From Epiperipatus broadwayi (Eukaryota; Animalia; Onychophora), in NCBI GenBank assembly GCA_028023455.1, contig JAQFVV010000001.1, positions 12,586,001 to 12,650,000 of the forward strand: DNA of 64,000 nt, in the 5' to 3' direction. Below are positions 12,728 to 23,949 of this stretch, piece by piece. Under the pieces are notes generated by a model. The model searched no databases, was not told the origin of the DNA, and saw only the letters and a list, made by a program, of their open reading frames with translations. How positions within the stretch are numbered: position 1 is the first letter of the stretch; the number at the start of each line of letters is the position of its first letter. Made by a program: the position numbers and the translations under genes.

Positions 12728-13635
12728 ATGAGGAGATAATATTCATTAAATAGAGAAACATTTTAAGTTATAATATTACTAAAAAGCTATTAATTATTAC
12801 TAATTGACAATTCCTGAGCCACAGCAAGTTTTTCACATAATAGCTCTTTTTCTGGGAGTCTTTAAAGCAAAAAGAGTCCTCTTTTACTTTAAACCCAAAT
12901 TTTTATACGGATTTAAACTCTGAAAGCTATTTATTATAGACATGAGAATGTGAAAGAATAACAACTTTCTTGACATTTGGCAAAAAATATTTTTAACTTC
13001 TCCAGAGAGTTGTATATGTTGAATTAAATGTTTACATGGATTTTATTATATAGATATGAGGAGATTATATCCATTAAGTAGAGAAACACTTTAACATTTG
13101 ATGTTACTAAGAAACTACTAATTGACAATTCCTGAGGCAAAGCAAGTTTTTCTTATAATAACTCTTTTGTTGGGGGTCTTTAAAGCAAAAGGAGTCCTCT
13201 TTTACTTCAAACCCAAGTTCTTACATGGATTTAAACCCAGAAATCTATTATAGGTGCAAGAATGTGAAAGAATAATATCTTACTTGACAATCTGCAAATA
13301 ATATTTTTAACTTTTCCAGAGAGTTGTAAATTTTGAATTAAATGTTTAAAACTATTATTTGCAGAATGTCAAGACAGATGTTATTCTTTCACATTCTCAT
13401 ACCCATAATAAATAGCTTTCTGAGTTTAAATCCATATAATAAGAATTTGGGTTTAAGATAAAAGAGGACTCTTTTTGCCTTAAAGACTCCACAAAAAGAA
13501 CTATTATGAAAAAACTTGCTTTGCCTCAGGAATAGTTTCTTAGCAACAGCAAAAATTAAAGTTTCTCTATTTAATGGATATTATCTCCTCATATCTATGT
13601 AATAAAATTTATATAAACATTTAATTCAATATATA
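12728..13635. repeat. Composite repeat: two direct ~300-330 bp units followed by an inverted third copy
   Basis: atgaggagat...gaattaaatgttt occurs at 12728-13055 and 13056-13349. 13352-13635 is the reverse complement of ~13012-13305. (TA)n tracts on both sides. Confidence 0.88.
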
Positions 13636-13656
13636 TATATATATACATATATATAT

Positions 13657-15012
13657 GTTAAAACGAAGATTTGCACGGGTTAAATATATAAAATACATAT
13701 TTTGCGGGTTCATCCGTGTTAAAAACTTTTAATATTAATATACTGACATTTCGACTTGGTCACACAAGCCATCCACAGAGTTATAAAAGGTAGAAAGATG
13801 GTTGTAGAGGCACTACAATCACTGATTTGAATAAAATGTTAAAATTCCACCAATAGCAAAAAATGTTAAATTTAGGAATGTTTTTTAAAAAAATCTTTCC
13901 AAATAGGAGGAATTTTGCATGTATCATCTTGCTTATTGATACAATCTGGCCTTTTAAGTATCTCAATGGCTTCTTTAATTTTGCATTGGTAGAGATTATC
14001 ACATCTGGATATGATCCTGGTACTAGAAAAAACAATTTTATGACCTGTGCTGATGATGATGAGTGTTGTTTAACTGCATTAGCATGCTCATCTCTCCTAA
14101 CACTGATGCGATGATTACTCATACCTATGTAAGAAGCTTTACAATTTTTACATGAGATTTGATAGTCACCATGAGATTCAAGAGGGATTGAATCCTTAGG
14201 CTTGGTTATTATATTGCTGATCTTTTGATGAGCAGAAAATGCTGTATCTATATTATAGCATTTTAATATACGTCCGATACTGTCTGTAGTTCCTTTTACA
14301 TATGGAACACAAATCCTAATAGCTGATTTATCATCTTTTTGTTTCCTATTTTGTCTATTTTGGGCTTGAAATAAGGCTTTTTTTATAAATTTGTAATTAT
14401 AACTATTTGCTAATAAAACACTATTAATATGATTTATTTCTTCTTTCAGATGTGTCTCATCTGAAAGGTTAATTGCTCTATTTAAAAGAGTTTTGGCTAC
14501 AGAAACTATCTGAGTTGGGTGATGATGAGAATGGAAATGCAAATATCTGTCTGTGGGTGTATCCTTTCTGTAAATAGAAAAAGATAAACTATTTGGTGTT
14601 CTGGTGACTAGAACATCAAGAAAAGGGAGTTTTCCATCAGACTCTGTCTCCATTGTAAATTTAATATGAGGATGCATATTATTTAAATGTAAGAAAAAAT
14701 CATCTAATTTATTTTTCCATGTTGCCATATGACAAAAGTGTCATCTATGTATCTGAGCCAAATGAGAGATTTTAAAGATGATGATTCTAAAGCACGAGTT
14801 TCTATATATTCCATGAATAAATCAGCTATTACTCCTGAGATAGGTGAGCCCATAGGAGTACCAAAAACTTGTCTGTAATGCTGTCCATTGTATACAAAAT
14901 ATGTATTTAAGAGACAATGTTTAATTAAAGCAATAATATGGTCTGGTAAATTGCAACGTTGTGAGATTATATTTAAAGCTTCATCAATTGGAATGTTTGT
15001 AAACAAAGACAT
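13657..15012 (-). mobile_element. Penelope-like retroelement, left arm (5'-truncated, two frameshifting lesions)
   Basis: RT motifs SLFTNIP, GTPMGSPISG, WLRYIDDTF, LPFLDVLV, IYRK.T.TDRYLHF.SHH and GIY-YIG-type YQISCKNCKASYIG. 1-bp deletion in an A-run near 14714 and a 22-bp deletion near 14048 relative to the right arm. Confidence 0.95.
13741..13785 (-). ncRNA. Minimal hammerhead-ribozyme-like motif in the PLE 3' region (left arm)
   Basis: tataact-CTGTGGA-t-ggcttg(tgtgac)caagtc-GAAA-tgtc-agta. Helix II is intact, the core has U in place of A6, and the ACGT palindrome has mutated to ATGT. Confidence 0.4.
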
Positions 15013-15047
15013 ATTTTATATACAATGGACAGCATTACAGACAAGTT

Positions 15048-16064
15048 TTGGGTACTCCTATGGGCTCACCTATCTCAGGAGTAATAGTTGATTTATTCAT
15101 GGAATATATAGAAACTCGTGCTTTAGAATCATCATCTTTAAAACCTCTCATTTGGCTCAGATACATAGATGACACTTTTGTCATATGGCAACATGGAAAA
15201 AATAAATTAGATGATTTTTTCTTACATTTAAATAATATGCATCCTCATATTAAATTTACAATGGAGACAGAGTCTGATGGAAAACTCCCTTTTCTTGATG
15301 TTCTAGTCACCAGAACACCAAATAGTTTATCTTTTTCTATTTACAAAAAGGATACACACACAGATAGATATTTGCATTTCCATTCTCATCATCACCCAAC
15401 TCAGATAGTTTCTGTAGCCAAAACTCTTTTAAATAGAGCAATTAATCTTTCAGATGAGACATATCTGAAAGAAGAAATAAATCATATTAATAATGTTTTA
15501 TTAGCAAATAGTTATAATTACAAATTTATAAAAAAAGCCTTATTTCAAGCCCAAAATAGACAAAATAGGAAACAAAAAGATGATAAATCTGCTATTAGGA
15601 TTTGTGTTCCATATGTAAAAGGAACTACAGACAGTATCGGACGTATATTAAAACGCTATAATATAGATACAACATTTTCTGCTCATCAAAAGATCAGCAA
15701 TATAATAACCAAGCCTAAGGATTCAATCCCTCTTGAATCTCATGGTGTCTATCAAATCTCATGTAAAAATTGTAAAGCTTCTTACATAGGTATGAGTAAT
15801 CGTCGCATCAGTGTTAGGAGAGATGAGCATGCTAATGCAGTTAAACAACACTCATCATCATCAGCACTCTCATTCCATACTATAGATTCAGGTCATAAAA
15901 TTGATTTTTCTAGTACCAGGATCATATTCAGATGTGATAATCTCTACCAATGCAAAATTACAGAAGCCATTGAGATACTTAAAAGGCCAGATTGTATCAA
16001 TAAGCGAGATGATACATGCAAACTTCCTCCTATTTGGAAAGATTTTTTTAAAAAACATTCCTAA
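15048..16064 (+). CDS. PLE polyprotein fragment: RT C-terminal half, thumb/linker and GIY-YIG endonuclease; open to its natural stop, N-terminus missing
   Basis: 338-aa ORF with GTPMGSPISG, LRYIDDTF, LPFLDV, TDRYLHFHSHH, VYQISCKNCKASYIG, RRDEH and EAIEI motifs. The initial M is most likely an internal or artefactual start. Confidence 0.9.
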   Translation: MGTPMGSPISGVIVDLFMEYIETRALESSSLKPLIWLRYIDDTFVIWQHGKNKLDDFFLHLNNMHPHIKFTMETESDGKLPFLDVLVTRTPNSLSFSIYKKDTHTDRYLHFHSHHHPTQIVSVAKTLLNRAINLSDETYLKEEINHINNVLLANSYNYKFIKKALFQAQNRQNRKQKDDKSAIRICVPYVKGTTDSIGRILKRYNIDTTFSAHQKISNIITKPKDSIPLESHGVYQISCKNCKASYIGMSNRRISVRRDEHANAVKQHSSSSALSFHTIDSGHKIDFSSTRIIFRCDNLYQCKITEAIEILKRPDCINKRDDTCKLPPIWKDFFKKHS

Positions 16065-16150
16065 ATTTAACATTTTTTGCTATTGGTGGAATTTTAACAT
16101 TTTATTCAAATCAGTGATTGTAGCGCCTCTACAACCGTCTTTCTACCTTT

Positions 16151-16197
16151 TATAACTCTGTGGATGGCTTGTGTAACCAAGTTGAAACGTCAGTATA
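16151..16197 (+). ncRNA. Minimal hammerhead-ribozyme-like motif in the PLE 3' region (right arm)
   Basis: tataact-CTGTGGA-t-ggcttg(tgtaac)caagtt-GAAAC-GTC-agtata. Palindromic ACGT sits at helix III and act/agt forms helix I. The core deviates from CUGANGA at position 6. Confidence 0.45.
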
Positions 16198-17164
16198 TTA
16201 ATATTAAAAGTTTTTAACACGGATGAACCCGCAAAATATGTATTTTATATATATAATATCATGATAGGAAAATAATGATTCTCATTTTGTAGAAATTGTA
16301 AAATCATTAGTTAAGATAGAAATTAACAAGTGAAAATAGTGGATGTTAAGAATCCTCTTATAAATATCTGTCATTTGATAATGAATTTTTATTTATCTAT
16401 GGCAATTATAGACGATTTTCGCATAAAAGAAATTACAATAAAACATTGTCAGACTTTATGGTATGAGAATAAATGTGAAGCATAAGTGGAATTGAATTTA
16501 TTATAAAGAAAAGATAGAACAACATTTAGGGAATTGATGATAAAATTAATTATTAAAGTTAATAGAGATGTTTAAGTTTATATTCTACTAAGTTCTATTC
16601 TGATGAAGATATACATTTTTTACATAGATATAAAGAATACTTTTCATCAGACTAAACAAAAATTTAAAATTATCATGAAAAATTTTATTGCTAGAATTCA
16701 AAACGAGTGGAAGAGAGAAATGCTTGAATAAAAATTGATTCTGGAGACAGAAAAGGGAGATAACATAGGTTTGTAGAATTTGTAAGAGGAAAAATATGTA
16801 TTTTTGATAAAAATCTAAAGGAAAAGAGTTGGATTATATTTTCACTAACAGAATCTAAAAAGAGAATAGCTATTAAAAATATTATTAACAATGAATATTC
16901 ATAATCTTCAGAAATATTCCAATAAATTAAAGTTAGAAATTAAAAATTATTTAAAAATATGAATGAATATGGATTACTGGCTTAGACTTGAATCAAATCA
17001 GTAGGAAAATAAGTGATACTCTGCTACGAGATGACACAAAATTAAATGAAACAAAAAATGCAATTTATTAATATAAATGATATTGCAATTACCATTTCAA
17101 TAGATAATTTTTATATAAACAATGTGTACAACCCCCCCCCCCCAATAAATATTGGTTCCACTCT

Positions 17165-17930
17165 ATATTTCCAGATCTTCCTACACCTTCTGTATTTATA
17201 GAAGATTTTAATTCTCATGGTAGTCATTGAAGTTACGTAAATGAGGATTATGTAAGTTGTCAACCTGTGAAGTGAATGAGTTAAACAACAGGCATGTAGT
17301 TTACAATGTCATCCAAGGAAAAAATATTCCATTCAGGCAGTGGAGGAACAGAAACAACTTCTGATTTATGTTTCATTTTAACAACAAATGGTTCACTACT
17401 ACTGATATGCTACTGATATTAGAACACTTTCTCCATAATCAACACAAACCAAGTCTAATCACTATTAGAATCTTCATCCTTACAGTTGAAAGTTACTCTG
17501 CTCTAAGATAGAATTCAAGTAAGCTAACTGGAGACAGTATACTGGATATCATGAACAAAATATTAATAGAATCTCTCCAATTCCCTCTTTATGACAGATT
17601 TAACAAACTTTTAATAACAGCTGTTAAAGAGTCTATCTCTCATGGATATCATAAGCAATTTATTCTGGGTTAAATAAAACTAGAAATTCTATTTATAACC
17701 TATTTTTGTCTATCCAAGGTCCACAAATTGCTGACAAACTTTTAAAATCACTGGACATTATGAGGAAAGAAAAGTGGGGGAAGACCATAGAAAATCAAAA
17801 CCTTTTAAAGAGCTGTCTTTTATAAAAGCTTGGTAAATGTAAAAGTATGTCTAAAAGAGTCATTACTGTCACTGCTAATCAGCTTGCTAATCTTATATAT
17901 TAGAATTCTAGGTCTACAATTAATAGAATG
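17165..17930 (+). mobile_element. Decayed LINE fragment (endonuclease end and linker), Ingi/Vingi-like
   Basis: Broken frames give DLCFILTT, KANWRQYT, DRFNKLLITAVKESISHGYHK and IADKLLKSLDIMRKEKWGKTIEN. These resemble the motifs DLCW, RKADW, AYSSIPRG and IADHLIESLDAARRHRWEE as I recall them for this clade. Confidence 0.55.
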
Positions 17931-18329
17931 AGAGAAGCATCCACTAAAACAGTACTGCATACATCTCTCACACAATGTTACTATAATAAAAATCGGTAAT
18001 ACATCGTCTAATTACCCATACCGCTGTTGCTAGTGAAAAACAAATAGATATAATGTTAGTTACCAGGCTGTTTTTAAATTTTGTTGATTTACGTTTTTAA
18101 TTTTTGGATTTGCTTGATTTTTATTTTTTTTTGTTGTTGTTGTTGCTTTTTTTTTTTTTTTTTGTAACCAGTTTAATGTATATTTCTTAAAAATAAAATA
18201 ATGGGGTTTTTTTTTTTTGGCTTTTTTAAAATTTTGTCTTTTTTTTTTAAAAAAAAAAATTCTTTTTATCCAGTCTTTTTTTTTTTGTTCCAAGTCTTTT
18301 TGATTGTTTTTGAAGAAACATTTTTATCT

Positions 18330-18720
18330 TTTATCAAGAAACAACAAGGCTTTTTCGACAGACCTCTCTAAGACCTGACATCATATTTTTTACAGCATTA
18401 TGACACCTTTCCAACTCAGCTCTAATATGCTTCACTGTAAGCTGATCCCGGCTTCAAGAATAAATTAGCCATACTGCTCATGAAAAAGCAATTCGGCAGC
18501 CCTCAAAGCCCGTTCCATGAGCGAATGGAACACCTTCGTTGACATTGACATGATTGACATTCCATTTCAGATGTTTGACAATGCATTAATTTCATTAGAC
18601 TATCACAAAGACAGTTTTTCTGGGTGGGTAAAATATTTTTTTTGGGGTTAAAGGAAGGCCACTGCATCTGCTTCTGTAGCAGGTAATTCTCAAAACTACA
18701 ATGCCGAATGGTCATCTGCC
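18330..18720 (-). mobile_element. Merlin (IS1016/ISXO2-like) DNA transposase N-terminal remnant
   Basis: Across frameshifts the minus strand reads ELPATEADAVAFL / KNILPTQKNCLCDSLMKL / ECQSCQCQRRCSIRSWNG. This matches the LP.T...AV.FLQ..IL...R.C.C..M.L....C..C.RR.SIR pattern of Merlin Zn-ribbon N-termini. TIRs not identified. Confidence 0.5.
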
Positions 18721-20886
18721 ATTGAACTGTTTGTTTTGATCTCAAAAAAGTCTCGGAAAGTGCGTGACTTGAGCATGAACTTTGCCGAATCATGATTTAC
18801 ACTTCTCATTTAATGAATTCTGATCCCTGACAATGAAAGTAGGGGCGTTTGAGAATTCTTTACAATTTTTACTAACTCACATCAATTACAATACATTTAT
18901 CATATGCTGTACAATAGTCAAGAGTAATGTCTATAGAGAGTGTCACATACTCATTGTTAATCATGTTCAACATGCTAGAGATGTTGGGGTAAGAGTGCAC
19001 TTCAATGTGTTAGTGTTTGAACAGTTTACAGGACATAAGATCTATGAGTGGCCTTGTAAACAGCATATTTATGTGCTTTAGCATAGAAACAGTGCCTTTG
19101 TGCAGTGTGGATCAACAGGCCATGTATTATCTAAAAATCTGATAAAATTTGTAGATGTTGGTGAACTCAAACTTACTCTTGTTTTTCTTTAAATCACAAA
19201 AATCCCCAGGAACAGATAATATACTTCCAAAGTTTTTAAAAATGTATGACCTAAAGCTAAAATATTGGCAGAATTATACAATAACATTATTCATACAGTA
19301 AATATTTCTAAAATTTAGCATAAAAAAAACTATAGTAGTCTTAAAACCAAACAAAGCCAACAATGCCAAAACATTACCACCCAATATCATTATTATCTGT
19401 TCCCTATAAAATTTTTGAACTGAACAAAATCATCTACAAGTTTTTTGAAACCAAAACAACAATGATCAAAACATTACAGCTCCATATCATTATTATCTGT
19501 TCTCTATGAGCTTTTTCAAAGAATCATATTAACAAGAATATTTACTAAATTGTTGCAAGATAGTTTCTATACAGCAAACTGGTTTTAGGCAAGAAAAAAG
19601 TTGTTGTGACAATATACTATAATAAAATAAAAAATTGGAGCAAACAATAAGTAGAATATGATAAATTTAAAAATGTATATTCGATGTTCATAATGATAGT
19701 TATTTTTGTCTTTCACATAATCCTCATAGTTTTTAGGGTTATGCACTATTTTTAAAAGTCATTTCTTGAAAAAATAAAAATATAAAATTTCATTCTCCAA
19801 ATAAAGTCAAACTGTTAAAACATGTCATTTTGAAATTTTTTTTTGCCTCTATTGACTTATATAACATTATGGTAAGATTTCATTCAAATATGAGTTGGAG
19901 ACTTTTATTTTGATAGATCAGTGTTGGTAAATAACTATAACAATCTTATTTCTATGAGAATTCTTCATGGTGAGTACTTCAATATAGAATTCAACGAAAC
20001 CTATTTAAATTCATATTTTAACAGATATACCTCTATTACAATATATAATATACACATACATATTATAGTTTAAAACAATAATTTTCACATAACTATATGT
20101 GTTTTTATATAGTTTATGATATGAAAATGTAATAAAAAAATACTCATATTAAGAACTATCTTATCCATATTTCTAAACTAATGTGTGTCATATGATCTTC
20201 AACAGTAATGATCTAGTACTAATGCACTTCTTATCTAGTATCCATTTTTTATTCTTTTTTGGATATAATAATACAGAATGTGGATATAATTATGTTTTGA
20301 TCCAATATTTACTTATTATTGGGCTAACAGTATATTTATTATGAAAGCAGAGTCATGTGATACTTATTGATTTGTATTATTTTAGCCAAAGGAGTAAAAT
20401 GTAGCTAGAATTATTATAAAACTAGTGACTCTAGAATACATATTTGTTAGATCTATGTAGCTATATAAACAAATAGACTTGGATTTATATACTGAATTGA
20501 TATTATCAATACAATTTGCCTGGAAAGTAAGATATTTTAAATTTTCATCCTAAAAGAAATAGAAAGTGAATGCTGGATGAAAAATGCATATAATCTCAAA
20601 AGTCCTAGCATTAAATCCAAGCTCCTCAATAATCCAGCAACTAGTCTGAAAATATTAATAGCACTTGTATGTGGATATAATAGCAATATCATTTATTATC
20701 CATTGTTTGTAATAAAGTAGAAAAGAACCGCTTCAAACAGATATGTTATTACAGTTTGTATTTTTTTTTATGTGATAATTTTAAATGAGAAAATTATAAC
20801 AAGCAAAAATTATGAAGATGATAAAAAGGGTTTTTTTAAAGCAAAGTTAATCAATTAAAAAGTTCGAATGGGGGAGGATCTAGTTA

Positions 20887-21556
20887 GGGAAATTTCAAAT
20901 CTGTCTGAGCATTATACTCATAGTTTGCCTTTATCTTTTATTTTGAAAACAGCAGTTTTAACTAATTAAATAACGTTTTATAAATCAGCCATCTACTCTA
21001 TCTCATACAACAGATACACATGACTAAACACGTGGAAAAGATAAATAATCTCCAATATATGTATTTCAGGCAGAATCAGCACTAATCAGTTAGTCCAGGT
21101 CATCATCTCCCACATGTATATATATATAATCAGTGCTCAGTTTATATTAAGATAACAAATCTTTACACTTTAATGGACAGGCCTCAATCTACTCCACTCT
21201 CCAACTCTTCAGCCATTCACACCATTGAAAATGATGGAACAAGGATTAACAAGGGATTTAGGTGTTCCATTATTAGATTTTTAATGATATGGATAGCTGA
21301 AGAATTGGAGAATAGAGTAGATTGAAGCATGTCCATTAAAGTATGAAGATTTACTATCTTAATATAAACTAAGCATTGATTATATATGTGTGTGGGGGAG
21401 ATGATGATTTGGACCAACTGATGAGTGCTGTTTAGCATGATTTACATATATTGGAGTACATTTTATCTTTTTCATATGAGTGTGGTTATGTGTGTCAGTT
21501 GTATGAGATAGAGGAGATGGCTGAAGGGAGCTTGAAAGTCTATGTTCAAATTTCCT
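20887..21556. mobile_element. Palindromic MITE/fold-back with ~250-bp arms
   Basis: 20985-21232 is the reverse complement of ~21278-21526, with outer ends ggaaattt / aaatttcc. Related fragments at 1483 and 38042. Confidence 0.85.
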
Positions 21557-23887
21557 ATATTATATTTAGATTCCAGATATATAAAGTATACTTGTATTTA
21601 AAATATTACGAATTTTGAAACAGTAAATCATGGGACATTTCTTGTAAATTTGTGATCTCATTCAGCAATAGTGAAAGCATACTACAGGCATGTTTTGTTT
21701 TATGGCAGTACAATGGTGCACTCCTAAGCAATTTCTAATATTTCTGGGATCTTTCCCTTCTGCTGCTATTTTACTGGATGAATAATTAGAATAGGAATTT
21801 GAAGGGAGGGGGGCTGAATTTATTTAGAAAGACTTAAGTTTGCTGAAAAAATTGTATCCTTATTTAAACATCTGATCCTGGACATGGTAGACTAACCATT
21901 CTTCAACAACAAGCATTTAATAAAATATTGATTGCATAAATGAAATCAATTAACAAAATCTAAAACAAATTTATGTAGATAAAAAAAAAAGAACAAATAT
22001 TCTTGATGTAAACCAATGACTGATAAAAATAATAAAGATAAAAAAAAGAAAATAGTATAGTTACTTGTTAAGGAAATAATATTGAGCTTTCTAATCCCAG
22101 AATGATTAACTTTATTGATAAATAATTATTAGTTATTGAGTAAGCAGAAAGAATTATTTTCCCACTTTCATGTGTACGGCAATATATAAACAAAAATAAA
22201 TATCTAAAATATTAAAAGCTTCATATATATATAGTATCAATCGAGTGAAAGAGTACAGGAATGTTTTAAAATAAGGAGAATTAAATATCAATGCAATTTA
22301 ATTATTTTGAAGTTTGGAATAGAAATAAATGGGAGAGAATAGAAGGTAAAATATAAATGATTCTCATTTTAATTAAGTATTTTGAAATTGAACAAGTGAG
22401 AATCATACAGAAACAAAAATGTTGGCATAAAATTTAAAAAGTCTTTAAAACAGAGAGATGTTTAAGAATAATTATGACCAAGAAAGTTTCTAGCTGGAAT
22501 GGAGTATAAATAACAATAATGATTTTTAATTTTTGTGTAGCACAAAGATATAATGAATTTTTTTTCACATAAGTCTATTTTTTGACATCTGAATGATGTT
22601 ATGCCATATCCTTAAAATTTCTGGAATTATTCATTTACAATACTTCTCAAATTATTTTAGCTAGATCTTTTGGTAAGTGTTCATATGAATAGTAATTTAA
22701 AATTGTTCTTATAATACTATCTGTTGTGCATAATGTATAGTTTATTCACAGCCATTTTGACGATCTAATCTCAAATTGGATAGATTTTAGTGCAAGGTTT
22801 TGTTTTATATTTCATTGATACTGCTGCTATACACTCAAAATAGTAAGACATCTCTTGAAAAATGTTTATTGTTACTGAGTTACAATGAGTTGTTTCCATA
22901 AAAAAATTAAATATTCCATAAAATACAATGCGTGGGTACTGTACTTGAATAAAATATCACCCCCTTCCAATAAAAGGTGAATTTTTTATTATTATTGCTA
23001 TTTTTAATTCTCTAGCAATTTTTTTTTCCAGTTGATTTCTATAAAATGTCTGGATTTCTACACGTAATGGATAGATTTTGGATATCCATATCATATAAAA
23101 CAGACACACACACTGAAAAAAGCGCACAGTCCTTATAATTTAGAAAAAAAAAAAAGAATTAGTTTAAATGTTCTTAGAAATGCCCTATTACAAAAGTTAA
23201 TTCATACAAAAAGTTTACGAGATAAAAAAAAAAAATTACGAAGTAATAAAGAGGTAATAATAATATTAAGTTGGAATAAAAAATCAGATATTCGAACAAA
23301 CTTATATATATTTTTTTGAAAGATAGATGATAATGTTACATATAATACTCGCACAGAACGATAACGTAAACATCATACGCAGACATTTATGTACTTATAT
23401 ATACAGAATTAACCTTTTGTGTTATGACCAGAAGTCATAGCACAAAGGCCTGCTATAGCTGCTGGCGGTAATATCAGTATGAGGTCAATTTTGAAAAGAT
23501 AAACTCATGCAGAGATTTATGTTCTTTATAGTATAGAATCAATCTGTTATTATTGTAGTAATGTTTACAATTTGAAGTTGACCTTAATTCATAAGAAAAG
23601 GTGGGTAAATCGCTTATTTTTAAACGATTTTGTTTTTGTAATTTTATGTTGAACTTTTATATTTACAACTAGAGGAATTATTATTAAAAATTATAATAAT
23701 AACTTAGAAAACTCCATCAGAAATGTTTTAAGAAGAAACCGATTCCCTTCCCCCAGTTACATATATATTTGAAATAGGTTTTTTTGCTTGTTTGTTTGTT
23801 GCATACATAAGTTAAAGGATATATATATTTTAAAAATTAACCTACTCTATTTTTCCATATATAATTTTGGCATAAAGAATACCTTAC

Positions 23888-23949
23888 CTTTTAAATTGCT
23901 TCAGAAAAATATTAACATTAAGACTCCTTTTTCCCTCCAGCAAATTCAC
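23888..23949 (-). CDS. INF2: Inverted formin exon (FH2 lasso/linker: VNLLEGKRSLNVNIFLKQFK), 62 nt, phase 0 to 2
   Basis: Acceptor ctttatttcag and donor gtaagg. The peptide fits the FH2 motif LLD.KRS.N..IFLKQF and joins the 36098 donor in frame. Symbol means INF2/FHDC1 (form3)-like; orthology untested. Confidence 0.92.

Larger units (their letters stand above)
15009..16252 (+). mobile_element. Penelope-like retroelement, right arm (5'-truncated)
   Basis: Reverse complement of 13689-14902 at about 98% identity; ends in (TA)n at ~16245. Confidence 0.95.

Noticed and set aside
13863-16155. ORFs 13863-14114, 14888-15091, 15888-16073 and 15901-16155 as genes
   Set aside because: Antisense or off-frame shadows of the PLE arms, duplicated by the palindrome.
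16270-17000. Coding-like AT-rich stretch, possibly Polinton or viral
   Set aside because: Multiple stops in all frames and no motif I can name.
18060-18293. Lys-rich 77-aa ORF
   Set aside because: Translation of poly-T/poly-A low-complexity sequence.
20535-20645. Next formin exon at a ttttcag acceptor (phase-2 frame RLVAGLLRSLDLMLGLLRLY..)
   Set aside because: No similarity to the expected FH2 continuation and no good donor before the stop.
22661-22672. Plus-strand 12-nt microexon (ttttag|CTAGATCTTTTG|gtaagt)
   Set aside because: No plus-strand gene to host it; such matches arise by chance in 64 kb of AT-rich DNA.
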